Of a stretch of DNA of 64,000 nt, positions 35,400-48,641 are shown one piece after another. The stretch lies in NCBI RefSeq assembly GCF_964355755.1, contig NC_092679.1:17281432-17345431 (forward strand), read 5' to 3'. The translations under genes were made by a program, and so were the position numbers. The notes below the pieces were generated by a model, which was not told where the DNA came from, did no database searches, and saw only the letters and a program-made list of their open reading frames with translations. The stretch is from Antedon mediterranea (taxonomy: Eukaryota; Animalia; Echinodermata). The number at the start of each line of letters is the position of its first letter. The first letter of the stretch is position 1.

Positions 35400-38300
35400 A
35401 TGTTTCATTATCATTGTGTTTTACTGTAACCAAATTGGCTATAGTAAAACACAATACTAAATTTGTATGTAAATGTATCATATTATTATATGTTTTCTAT
35501 TCTTTATTTGTGTTTTACTGTATCCAGCGCAGTGCTAAATATCATTTATCATATTTAAAATGTTTTACTCTAACCAAATTGGTTATAGTAAAACACAGTG
35601 ATAAATTACTATGTAAATGTCATTTATCATATTATTAAATGTTTCCTATTCTTTATCATTGTGCTTTACTCTAATCAAATTGGTTATAGTAAAACACAGT
35701 GCTAAATTTCTATGTGAATGTCATTTATCATGTTATTAAATGTTCCTATTCTATATCATTGTGTTTTACTCTAATCAAATTGGTTATAGTAAAACACAGT
35801 GATAAATTGCTATGTAAATAATCATTATTATTAAATGTTTCCTATTCTATATCATTGTGCTTTACCATAACCGAATTGGTTATAGTAAAACACAGTGCTA
35901 AATTGCTATGTTAATGTCATTTATCATATTATTAAATGTTTCCTATTCTATATCATTGTGCTTTACCATAACCAAATTGGTTATAGTAAAACACAGTGCT
36001 AAATTGCTATGTGAATGTCATTTATCAAATTATTAAATGTTTCATATTCTTTATCATTGTGTTTTACTTTGACCAAATTGTTTATAGTAAAACACAGTGC
36101 TAAATTGCTATGTAAGTCATTTATCATATTATTAAATGTTTCCTATTCTATATCATTGTGCTTTACCATAACCAAATTGGTTATAGTAAAACACAGTGCT
36201 AAATTGCTATGTAAGTCATTTATCATATTATTAAATGTTTCCTATTCTATATCATTGTGCTTTACCATAACCAAATTGGTTATAGTAAAACACAGTGCTA
36301 AATTGCTATGTAAATGTCATTTATCAAATTATTAAATGTTTCCTATTCTTTATCATTATGTTTTACTTTAACCAAATTGGTTATAATAAAACACAGTGAT
36401 AAATTGCTAAGTAAATAATCATTATTATTAAATGTTTCCTATTCTATATCATTGTGCTTTATGGGAAGAAAACGTGCATTGCGCACACTGTTTACGCGCC
36501 TCAACAATAAACGGCGAATATGCGATTCGTCACTAATTATGGAACGCCGTTTTACACAAGTTTTTGGCGATGATAAAAATTGCGTCGATGATGAAATTGC
36601 GTCGATGAAAATTGCATCGACGCAATGTAGATTGCGTCGACGCAATTTACATTGCGTCGATGAAAATTGCATCGATGAAAATTGCGTCGATGAAAATTGC
36701 GTCGATGAAAACTGCATCGATGAAAATTGCGTCGATGAAAACTGCATCGATGAAAATTGATGTGATGAATTTAATTGATTATGAAAATTCCAAATGGTTT
36801 TAATTCAATCAATGATGAAAATGACTACTAGTAAAGTAAATGATGATGTTAATAATGATGTTAATAATGTTATTATGTTGCTAAAAATTGACGGTTTCTG
36901 AATATTTTGATATGATAAACATGTTTACCGCTTGCGCTAGCGCGCGTTATAGACAAGCGCACAGTGAGCGCGCACTAAAACAATGTTGAAATATATGCAC
37001 TGATTAACATTTTAGTGATTTAGTGTCAACACATTTTAGCAATGGATCCATTATTGTCCTTTCGGACACATTATATCTTCTAGCTAATTGCTTCCGTTAA
37101 TCCACCAGTTCAGTACATAAAATTCAGATGTCCAGCATCCATGACATCATATTCAAATCATACCGGCAGGGAGATCACAATTTATCGATGCAGTTTTCAT
37201 CGATGCAGTTTTCATCGACGCAATTTTCATCGACGCAATTTTCATCACATTAACGCAATTTTCATTACATCGACGCAATTTTCATCGACGCAATGTTCAT
37301 CACATCGACTTATATTTTCATTACATCAATACTATATTCATCGACGCAATTTCATCACATCGACGCAATTTTCATTGCATCATCGACGCGATTTTATCAT
37401 CGCCTAAACTGGCATTCCATACTAATTGCGTGTGATCTGATTGGTGTATTATAAATAAATTCATCGCGATGAATTTTTCAGTAGATGTAATGAGACAGTT
37501 CAGTAGATGTAATGACAGTTAATTTAATTGTTCTGCTCTTTTTGTACAAATCTATACTACTTTATATTATGGATTTTGTAGTACTGTTAAAATTATTAAA
37601 TCTCTGGAAGTGTGTTTTACGAGTATGTCCGCAAATTTATGCGTTTACGGTTTTAAAATGTGAGTTTTAAATAGCGAACATGATCTTGTTAGGTGCACTG
37701 CGCACGCAGTATTCCAAAATGTCTTACTAATTGGGAGAAAATCATATTGTATCATATCATATTATATCCATTCTTTAAATTCATATTCTTTATCCAAAAC
37801 TAAATTGGTATAGTAAAACACAGTGCTAGCAATTTATCATATTATTAAATGTTTCATATTCTTTATCATTGTGTTTTACTCTAATCAAATTGGTATAGTA
37901 AAACACAGTGCTAAATTGCTATGTGAATGTCATTTATCATATTTTTAAATGTTTCCTATTCTTTATCATTGTGTTTAACTCTAACCAAATTGGTTATAGT
38001 AAAACACAGTGCTAAATTGCTATGTAAATGTTATATATCATATTATTAAATTCCTATTCTTTATCATTGTGTTTTACTCTAACCAAATTGGTTATAGTAA
38101 AACACAGTGATAAATTGCTATGTAAATGTAATTTATCATAATATTATTAAATGTTTCCTATTCTTTATCATTGTGTTTTACTCTAACCAAATTGGTTATA
38201 GAAAAACACAGTGATAAATTGCTATGTAAATGTAATTTATCCTGTTATTAAATGTTTCCTATTCTTTATCGTTGAGTTTTACTCTAATCAAATTGGTTAT

Positions 38301-38830
38301 AGTAAAACACAGTGCTAAATTGCTATGTAAATGTTATATATCATATTATTAAATGTTTCCTATTCTTTATCATTGTGTTTTACTCTAATATGATTGGTTA
38401 TAGTAAAACACAGTGCTAAATTGCTATGTGAATGTCATTTATCATGTTATTAAATGTTTCCTATTCTTTATCATTGTGCTTTACTCTAACCAAATTGGTT
38501 ATAGTAAAACACAGTGCTAAATTGCTATGTAAATGTCATTTATCATGTTATTAAATGTTTCTTATTCTTTATCATTGTGTTTTACTCTAACCAAATTGGT
38601 TATAGTAAAACACAGTGCTAAATTGCTATGTAAATGTAATTTATCATATTATTAAATGTTTCCTATTCTTTATCATTGTGTTTTACTCTAACCAAATTGG
38701 TTATAATTTATTTAATTTCATTTCAAAAGACATTTACCTAAATTTCTATTTAAATGTCATTTATCAAATTATTAAATGTTTCCTATTATTTATCTGGTTA
38801 TATAGTAAAACACTGTGCTAAATTGCTATT
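35400..38830 (-). repeat. Same ~101-bp satellite in inverted orientation (right arm), interrupted at ~36462-37790
   Basis: Reverse complement of the left-arm units; ORFs 30180-30500(-) and 36015-36335(+) translate identically. Confidence 0.95.
36539..37420. mobile_element. Foldback-type TIR element with 15-bp subterminal tandem repeats (TCGATGAAAATTGCG)n
   Basis: Termini ATGGAACGCC / GGCATTCCAT, inverted arrays at both ends, flanked by the direct repeat ACTAATT (36532-36538 and 37421-37427). Confidence 0.85.
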
Positions 38831-39069
38831 GTATTAAGGACGAGTTCCGAGAAGATGTATTCAAAGCTACAACCAATCAGAACAGTGTTAATCAATATAG
38901 TCCATGGCTACAGCCAATCAGAAACGTCCAAATCGCAATAACCCCTAGGCTAATAGAAATTATTGGTCCGAGTAGCCTTTTCAACCAGACGTTGCGAGGT
39001 TTAAAAAGTAAAACATGATTTACTCGCCAGTTTGGTATAGTTTATATACCTGTTATTACATAATAATAT

Positions 39070-39173
39070 AAGCCGGAAATGTATGTGCGCATGCGTAACT
39101 TGTCAATGTTTTGATCATTTTCGCGCGAACTGTCCAAAAATATTATCGATCGATAAGCAAGACATATTTTGAA
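39070..39173 (+). promoter_or_regulatory. Putative cell-cycle promoter of GINS1
   Basis: CCGGAA (ETS-like), GCGCATGCG (NRF1-like), TTTTCGCGCG (E2F-like, 39118-39127), TTTGAA (CHR-like) next to the ATG; CCAAT boxes at ~38873 and ~38914. Confidence 0.55.
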
Positions 39174-42100
39174 ATGTATGGTGAAATAGCTCTCGAATTA
39201 ATTAGAGATCTCCAACGATCACTTGATGGTTCTCTCCTACCATTTAATGTAAGTTTGTGAATTCAGTAAATAAGCCAAATCGACAAATAACGGTATCTGG
39301 AGTAGTTAATTAATGATACTGATAGTGGATCGTATCTCTCTCTAGGCCGACCGGACAAACTAAAACATGCCAGCGGAAGAGAGTCTAGGCCTACCACTAC
39401 GCTTGCCGGTTTACTACTAGGTAGCTAGGCCTAGATCTCGGTTTATTTATTTTGTCTCATTAGAATATTATTAAATATTGATATTAGTATACAATAAATG
39501 CAACTGTTAGCCCATTGAGTGGTCTAATTAAATGGCATAGTAATTTAATTGGGCCACTTTATCTCAATCTCATAAATTTCCACATCTTCTTTAACGTTTA
39601 AAAATGTAATTTTTAGCATATACCTGTGTTGTTTAGATTTTCTTAAATTCCTGTCAAATATTATAAATAAATATATATAATTATTAATACAGTTGGGATC
39701 TCATACCTAGTGAGTGCCAATTCAAATAAATTATAATAATCCCCATTTTCTATAATAATATTGATGATATAGATAGTAGATTGTAGGGCTAATTTATTCA
39801 GATATTTATTTTAAAAAACAACAAATATATTTTGAAACTTTTTTTCACCTACAGGATGACAGTATACGACAGGTCCTGGAAGAAATGAGGACGCTTTATG
39901 ATCAAAATCAAGCGGATGTGTACGTTTCGAACATTTTGTATCACAACTAACAAGTCCAAAGAATATAAACTTTAAGCTCTGTTTACACTTTAAAAAAGTG
40001 TGATTTGCCCAAATATGTTAGTAATAAGCTTAAATATGTTAGTGATATGACATCATCATGTCAATATATGGGCACATTTTGTGTCACATAAAGTTTGATA
40101 GTCTAGACAGAGCTTTAGGCCTAGTATAAAAAAGTTTAAATATTATGCACCTGTCAATTGTATGACCTACTACTAAACGACCCCGGGGAGAGGTGTGTCA
40201 TTTGTTCCATGTGCGTCATACCTTATTGAATATCATGACACACCCCTGCGTCAAAAAAGTGACTTATCTTTAGGTAACCATGACACACCAATTTTGAAGA
40301 ACAGTGATGCATTGTGACCATGTTGTTCATAATAAGGTGGGTGGTAAATTGACGGACATTGTCACACATTGTTTATTGAAGTGACATACCATTTAGGTTT
40401 CTTGATGCACCCCTGCGTCAATAATTATTTTTAAATGACGCATCCATGACCCACCTCTCCCGGGGGTCAAATAGCGGATCATACAATAAAGTGCACCATA
40501 TTTAAAAGGTAAATCTGGACAAAAAAAGTTCCATAGGCGCGAGGCTAGCGCGATGATGTAAATTTACATCACCGTGATAGGACCTAGATGGAAATTTTGT
40601 CCCGATTGACCTTGTAAATAGGCCGCTCTCTGGAGTTATCGAAGTCGCTTATTGACAAGTGGATTATCGTATCAAACTTATAAATGGAGCTTCTGGTTAA
40701 CAGTAAAATTATAATAAAAAAGTCTGTGGTACACCGCGCATTTCCATTCTCTAGAAGCCGATTGTAAGTTAACAACCTAAACGTTGAGACATTCTCAAAA
40801 CCATACTTTATATCCTTTTGTAAACACATTGTGTATTTTTTGATTTTTACAAAAAGAAATCTTGTTGTGTACTGCAAACCTAACTTTGCTATTGTTTATT
40901 CGCCATGCAAGCCTTTAAAAACAATATTGTAAAATGATGATACAGACTTACTAAGTTTAAAAGCTAATTAGCAGCGTAAGGACATATTTAATGTTTTTTA
41001 AATTGAACCATTTTCTAATAATCAGCTCACTTAGTTAAATGACATTGAATAAGTAAACAGCATGAGACTTGAATTGAAATTACCTAGTAAACAGCATCAA
41101 GATCAAGAAGAAGATTGAAAAAAAAGGAAATTTATATGCTAAATATATATATATATATAAATCCAAAGGCAAATTACTAAAAATAATGAGATTGCTGTGG
41201 GTATCAGTGGCTGGATCTCAATGGAGATGCAAAATAAAATAGGCAAAAAGCTAAATCAAAATGATAAAGAAAAACAGCCAGAAAAAATATATATATGTAT
41301 AAATCAAAAGGCAAATTACTGAAAATAATGACAATGCTGTGGGTATCAGTGGCTGGATCTCAATGGCGATACAAAATAAAATAAGCACTGACAAAATGAC
41401 AATGCTGTGGGTATCAGTGGCTGGATCTCAATGGCGATACAAAATAAAATAAGCAAAAAAGCTAAAATCAAAACAATGAAATACAACAGCCAGAAACATT
41501 AGCAGAGATTTTGGGAAACACTAGCCCTTAATCAGTGCAATATTCATCCAGATAAAAATAAGTTCAATAAGGAACGGACAGAACAAGTGAATACCATAAT
41601 ATTTTGAATAAGAGAATTGATTGTATACTTTATTGATTCTTTTAGATCGTCTACAGCAGCAGGTGAAACCGGGATGCTAGCAGGAGTTCAATTCCGACAT
41701 GCTTGCCTCAACCGGAACAAAAGATTACTCCTTGCATACTTGTAAGTATACTGTAGTATCCAGTCATAGAGAGTTCACTACTGTATAATATTATCTCTAA
41801 TGAGAAAGGAGAGAGCATTGTGTGATTTCAACATTTAAGGTGTGTGGGGGGGGGGGGAGGGAGGTTGTGCGTCTACTAACAAGTGCATTTTAAACAACAT
41901 TTACCTCAGTACCAACAAAATGAGCCCAGTCATTCACTATAATATTATATCTATGCTGTAGTAAAGGAGAGAATATTGAGAATGGGGGTAGGGTTTTGTT
42001 TATATATTTAGGCAAATTACCAAGGATAACCTTAAGCGAAATTCATTCACTATCCTTTTTAAGGTGGCAATCCTGTTCACAAACAAACATATACACACAC

Positions 42101-45100
42101 AAGATGGTCTACATAAAACAAATTATTATTGTGTTTGGGAGTGGAGTTGTAATTTGTCATCTTAGAAAAAATACTGAAGTGACAGGAGTTGAACCCAGGA
42201 CCTTTGGATTGGTAGCCAAGTACCATAACCACCAAGCTACAACTTCTTAAGGGCTACAAACTGTATGCATGATTGGTGTAATATACACAATTATATCAAG
42301 TGCATTTAAAAAACAACCTAACCTCAGTACCAACAGAAAAAGCTCATATAAATAAAGATGCCCTATAAGCTTTATGTGCCCAAATATGGTAGTGGTATGA
42401 CATCATCATGTCCATATATGGGCACATCACATTTTTTTGTCACATAAAGGTTGATAGTGTAGACATAGGTTAAGGAATATACTCTTAGGCCAACATGATA
42501 ATGGATAATACTGTACTACAGTATAAATTTCAGTATTCACTTTAATGTCAAAATTAAGGTGTGTCTGTTTAAAGGAAAGGTTATTTTGCCACACAAAATA
42601 GAGGGTGCTGTAACAGTTTCAATTCCACAGCCACAAACTGTTTATTATATTGAAAGATTAGAAGCAACAGACACAAAATGAAGTAGAGTATGCGCTGCCA
42701 ATGGTTGTAACATTCCAGGTTATGTGAGATTTATTCATCATTTCAATTACTAGATGGTACGCTCGCTTCGCTCGCGTACCATCTAGGTCGTGCCCACAGA
42801 TGGTTCTCGAATACACAGTAATTTCAGCGTAAAAAAATGCTTTTTTTAATGTACGTACTGCAGGACGATAATAGTTATTATTGTTTACAGAAACGAATAA
42901 ATAGACACGATGATTTATGTATTAAACTGAAATTAGCACACTGGGAATTACTTCCGAAAGAGAAACTTGTCACAAAATGAGTCCAAATTTGTTATTTGGA
43001 CTCATTTAAACAAACCCAATTTGTGTTTTGTGTGTAACATTAGTTTTGAGGGATGGGGAAGAGGATATGGGTAGAAAGAAGAACAATGTTTTAATATATT
43101 ATTTATCTACTCAGTAACGAAATATGTTTTTCACTTTGATAGGCCTATAAATAATATACCACAGTAACACATTTGCGATTTAATACTTTGTTAAAACTGT
43201 CACTGTTATAGTCCATTGAAATAGCATGTACATGTAACGATACACGTACCACTACAACGTTTATATTCTTTGTAATTATTAATTAATACAAACGTTGAGA
43301 AGCAACTGTCAGTAGTACAGTTTATTTGTATATTGTACGTTTTATATAACAGTAGGGCCTACTCACAGGCCTATAAATAATATACCACTTAATACAGTAA
43401 CACATTTGCGACTTAATACTTTGTTAAAACTGTCACTGTCATAGTCGATTGAAATAGCATAGTACATGTAACGATACACGTACCACTACAACGTTTATAT
43501 TCTTTGTAATTATTAATATACAAACGTTGAGAAGCAACTGTCAGTACTACAGTTTATTTGTATATTGTACGTTCTATATAACAGTTACCCACACTCACAG
43601 TAAATTCAATGGCGACCACAAATGTTAATATGTATTTACAGTAATGTCCAAGTATTGCAATACTTATCTATATATAGGTTTTAGGTTAATTCCCCAAGGG
43701 CCAATAAATTTACCTACAGCTGGTGGTACTTGTGTTAAAGCAAAGAGTTATTATTGGAATGTTCCATTCATCGCAAATCAATACATTTGTATAATCGTAT
43801 ATTAAATCTATCAAAATAGTATTTTTTTAAGAAAATCGGCCTGTCCTCAACATTATGATGCTGTACTCTAGCTGTTCAAACAGTTTTCAGCTATTAAAAA
43901 CAATCATCGTAGGAGGAGATAGGAAAATGCGAAGCCTCCTCGCATTTTTGTGGCGGGTATTTTTCAAGATGGACATCCATTAGACAGTGTATACAACGAT
44001 CGGAAAACACCCCTATTTGGGGCAAATCGTTGAACCTAAATTCGTTTTAATCGTCAATAACTAATTATCTAACTTAATTTAATTAGTAAACAGGGTTACA
44101 TCAGGTGGTTAAAATCAGTACCGAAAGTACGAACCAACTTTATATACCATCGAGTAAAAATTCTAGAAGTAAGGCGCGATTTATCGAATTTTGCCCTTAC
44201 GTAAATTTATATATAGATACTAGAATAATACTGTATCACTTGTATGGATGTATGCTGAAATAAACAACTTATTATCTCTTATTATTTTAGATACAACCGC
44301 TTACAAGTTATCAGACAAATGCGCTGGGAATTTGGTAGTGTTTTACCAGTTGATGTAAAACAAAATCTATCTGAAAATGAGGTAGAATTTTATGTTTAGA
44401 ATTTAATACATTAAAGCTCTGTCTACACTATCAAACTAGTTTGACAAAAAAATGTGTGATGTGCTCGCTTAAATATGGTAGTGGCACATCACAATTTTTT
44501 GTCACATAAAGTTTAATAGTGTAGACTGAGCTTTAAAACTAAAACACTAAAGTTTTTTAAAACATTAATGTGAAGTTAAACAGGATTTTTTGTATGGAAA
44601 TATTTAATTTTTAAGATAAAAAATGTAAATCAAATCTTATTATAATGACAACTTCCATAAATATAGAATGTTATTTTATCTTTTAGATGCACTGGTTTGG
44701 TCGTTACAACAAGTCTTTAGCTAAATACATGAGATCCTTGGGTAGTGATGGATTAGATTTAACACAGGTACGTGAAACAGGGACGCAAACCCATGGGGTA
44801 CAATCTACAATTCCATTATTAAATTCATATTTCTACATGGTATGACCAAGGCAGTCTAACAACAGGATGTTGAGCTTTGGAGATCAAAGGGTTTATCTGT
44901 GGCTGCGACACCATCAGTTCCACATGCATTTGATGACGAATATCAAAGATGTTGGTGAAGTTTGGTCGGATACTACAATCTCTCTATGTACAAAGTACAT
45001 TACTGTTGGTATTTGTAGCAGCCAGACATAAGATCAAAGTTTTTTTATCTTGGCAAGGCAAGCTCAGTGTCCTGTTGTTAAGATTGCTGACTGTAGATGT

Positions 45101-46170
45101 AGATTACTATAATGACGATAGCAAGATAAATAACGAAGTACTAATCAGCATTTTGTTAATTAATTTCAGGACATGAAACCGCCAAAAAGTTTATATATTG
45201 AAGTAAGTAAAATGATAATAGTATACATAAAAACGAACTAAAGCTAGTTTAAATGCCTTTTAATGAAATTAGTACATATATATCTCCAAATCGTACACAA
45301 AAATCTGCTGCTGTTGCTATCTCGCGGTGGTGTTAACAAACAGAGGAAGGACAACAGGTGGCGCTGTTGTATTTTACAGCAATTTGTACACTAGATTTTG
45401 TTTTTATCCACCAAACGTTTTTTTTTTCGTACACAAAAATGTTTAAAAATTACTATTAATCGATTGTTTAATAGTGCGTATTATTGCACGCCATGTGACC
45501 CACAATCGTCTAATCAAATGACAGGAATTTATTTAGGTTTTATATAATACTGACTGGTTAATGGCATATAATCCATTTTTAATCAGTGTGTGTGCAATGA
45601 TTTAAACCTTTTCTTTGGGACTATATGGCCCACAGCAATTACATGTCATAATAATTATTGTTGAAAAATCATGTCTGTTTTGACTACTGAGTATATTGTA
45701 TACTACAGGTACGGTGCTTAGTAGACCATGGCGAATTTGAAACAGAAGATGGGACAATCATTGTTTTAAAGAAAAATTGTCAGGTGGGTTTTTATTTGCT
45801 TTAAACAGGTGCATATGTAAACTATTAGTGGATGAGACAGGTATTTATTTGTAGGTGTTACATATTTATGTCAAAATGACAATGCTTTATGATTACAATG
45901 CCTTATCATAGAGCTTTCTCCATGATTTTAAGCAAGTATAATGATCTGTTTACACTACCAAACTTTTTTTTGTGACAAAAAAAATGTTTTGTGCCCATGG
46001 ACATGATGTCATATTACTACCATATTTGGGCTCATCACACTTTTTTTTGATAGAGCTTAAGTGAAAGTTTATTTATAACCGTATTTTTTTTTTCTTTACA
46101 GCATTTCCTATTACGTTCACAGTGTGAGCATCTTGTGAGACAAGGAATTCTGGAACATATTCTTTCATGA
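39174..46170 (+). CDS. GINS1: GINS complex subunit 1 (Psf1), 8 exons, 194 aa
   Basis: Exons 39174-39248, 39855-39919, 41646-41741, 44291-44381, 44687-44767, 45170-45202, 45709-45783, 46102-46170 (585 nt, all GT-AG). Motifs [79 protein letters not shown]. Confidence 0.96.
39975..40114. mobile_element. Abundant ~120-200-bp MITE (TIR AGCTCTGTCTACACTATCAAACT)
   Basis: TIRs with TTA on both sides; same family at 44415, 54438, 56265, 59399 and partial copies near 5476, 6330, 42368, 45944, 53470, 58075. Confidence 0.8.
40144..40499. mobile_element. MITE with ~55-bp imperfect TIRs
   Basis: TGCAC..ATTGTATGA..GACCCCGGGGAGAGGTG vs CACCTCTCCCGGGGGTC..TCATACAAT..GTGCA. Confidence 0.65.
41150..41495. repeat. 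Imperfect tandem repeat, 3 copies of TGCTGTGGGTATCAGTGGCTGGATCTCAATGG
   Basis: Direct inspection, GINS1 intron 2. Confidence 0.85.
42008..42247 (-). mobile_element. tRNA-derived SINE (family A)
   Basis: TAGCTTGGTGG (A box) and GGTTCAACTCC (B box) on the minus strand; similar to 17500-17713. Confidence 0.75.
42750..44217 (-). mobile_element. Non-autonomous Helitron-like element in GINS1 intron 3
   Basis: 5' TCTATATATAAAT; 3' perfect 13-bp stem ending in CTAG; A|T target; internal ~205-bp tandem duplication (~43140-43585). Confidence 0.85.
44415..44532. mobile_element. AGCTCTGTCTACAC MITE copy
   Basis: TIRs flanked by TTAA on both sides. Confidence 0.8.
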
Positions 46171-48480
46171 AAATATGGAATGGTGTGGAATATCTAAGGC
46201 CTTGCATCTGCCTATGCAACACCAAAAAACATTTAAAAAGTTACATAAAAAAAATCATTATTTTGAAAAATGGTAACAAAAATTATCTAATAAAAACATG
46301 TGCAACTGAATTGTCTTGTTTTTGTTTATTATCACCATGGTGATATAAATGTCACCACCATAATTGAACAATACCACTCAAGGTCTGACTAAAAGCCTCT
46401 ACACAAATTATGAATCCTCATTTAACTACAGTACCATTATTTTTCTTTTTACTTGTAAAAAATGGTGGGAGAGGGGAGGGTGTAACAACATCCAGATACG
46501 ACTAACGACCCACATTCTTAAAATGCAATGCAACAACCAAACGTCATTATTTTTATCACAGTCTGAAAATGTGTCTACGAATTACGCGTCCGAGAAGTAA
46601 CGTTCTTGAGGTATATACTACAATTGAAAGTTTTTTCTTTTTCGTCTCTATTTCAAATTCTAACTTTACTATTTAAAAATGTACACATAGGAGGACAACA
46701 CATGGTGTTTTTAAAAGAACATGTTTATAAACAATTAATTTAACGAAAGTGAACTATCAAAGATGGCAAGATACAAGGAAAGGGTAAAACATAAATACGA
46801 AAATAGCATATATTGCCAAGAATAGTTTAAAATAGATGACGTACATTGAAATATAGCAACCTTATTCTATAATTGTGCTAGATATTAAATGAATGCTAAA
46901 AAGCAAGGCATGTTTTAAATACATTTCATGAAATGTTTTCATAAAAAATTACAATACATATATCATGTTTGCTGAATAATCAACTTCTTCATCTGTTGAT
47001 GTGGGAGACACAACCACCATTTATTTTCTAAATAGAAAGTAAAATACTGTATAAATATCAATGCTATTTCCAGATAAAGGGGTTCAAAGGTTAAAATAAT
47101 CCTGTTTGTTGTCATACAAAAAAAAAATGAACGTATTTCCCAATTTAAAAGATGTGTGGACTTTATCTAATCTGAGCACCACATTGTAATAGATGAAACT
47201 AATGTTAAGCTAAGGACCTTCGCGCAATGCAAGTAATTTGATCAATCACACAAAGCACTTGATGATCTATTGCGTCCTGATCTGTCAAATTCCTTACGCT
47301 TACGTCCTTGCGTTGCATTACTAGTGGGAACCATGTTTAGGAACAGAGTAAAAATTGTACTACTGCAGGTACTGCAGTAACTGTATTTTGTTTACTCTTT
47401 ACACAGTTTATTGCAGTGACTGCCTCATAAAAATCATACATTATTGCAGTAAAAAATGTAGTTACTGCAGTAATTGCAGTAGAATAATTTTCACATGATA
47501 ATTTCACATATATCTCTTAAACCCCTTGAATATATTCTGTGTCTTTAGCAAACATGTTAAACAATATTGATTAGATTGTACTTTCTATTTCTGAACGTTA
47601 ATATAGTACAACTAATTCACATATATCTTTTTAACAACTGGTAAAGCATTAAAAAAAGTTGACTAGTACATATTTTGCAAAACAAAACATTTAGAAAATC
47701 TTTTTAAAAGCAGTTGTAACTTATAGAAATTATTCCCGAAACAAGAATTAGGGTCCAATTTCTGGAATGAATCTTTTTAAAATTGTAGTTAAAAACAAAG
47801 TTTTCTGATAAATATAAAAGGCAGAAGAAGCACCAGAAATTGAAGTATTTTTGTAGAATCTTAAAATTCACTGGTTATATAATAATCATAAAAAAGTATG
47901 TATACCTTACAATCGGCTATGATACAATGAATGCAAATACTGTATTCTACTTCACTATTTGGACACTCTGTGTTTAACATCGGCTTGAAAGACTTTAAGT
48001 TCACCTATCTAAAATCAACAATACTTTACAATTTTTTTTTTGCTCAAAATCATTGAAGGCAGCTGACTGTACATACAACAGTATTATTTTCTCAACGAAC
48101 TACGCATTAAAACAATTGCTAATACAAATTGTACCCTAGATAATTTTCAATTCATTTATGGCTATCTTATTTTACATAATTGTAATACAGTGCTCTGTTT
48201 TCTACTGACCAATATCATTTCAATATAATTTGAATATCATATTATTACACTTTAAACTAGTATCTAAAATCCACAAATATATATAATTAAACAATGTTTG
48301 ATTTGGCTGAAGCCTAGAAATCCTACCTTGCAATAGCGGTACTAATTGGGGACCACTTGAGAAAAAAACAGGTATCATAGATTGTTCAGAAAAAAACAAT
48401 TCAAATGCTATTTTACAATAAAAAATCTTCAAAAATGATCTTTCATGATGATCTTTAAAACCTTTACCATTTTATCCTTA

Positions 48481-48641
48481 AAGCCAATTTACACAGACGA
48501 GTGGTAACGGTAAGCGGAAGACCGTGTAGCTTGTCCCACATATAATCTGTATCTATCCTGAGTGGAAACCACCTGTTCACTTCGCGTTGTTCGCATTTCT
48601 ATATTTTTATTACCGTTTCTGCTGTTCTGTGTAAATTGGCC
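48481..48641. mobile_element. Short MITE (Harbinger-like termini)
   Basis: GCCAATTTACACAGA / TCTGTGTAAATTGGC with TTAA-containing flanks. Confidence 0.7.

Noticed and set aside
36439-37407. DENC-repeat and ASMK-repeat ORFs
   Set aside because: Translations of the 15-bp subterminal repeats of a TIR element
28615-38830. Palindromic repeat array as a CRISPR array
   Set aside because: The sequence between palindromes is repeated, not unique spacers; eukaryotic context; no cas genes
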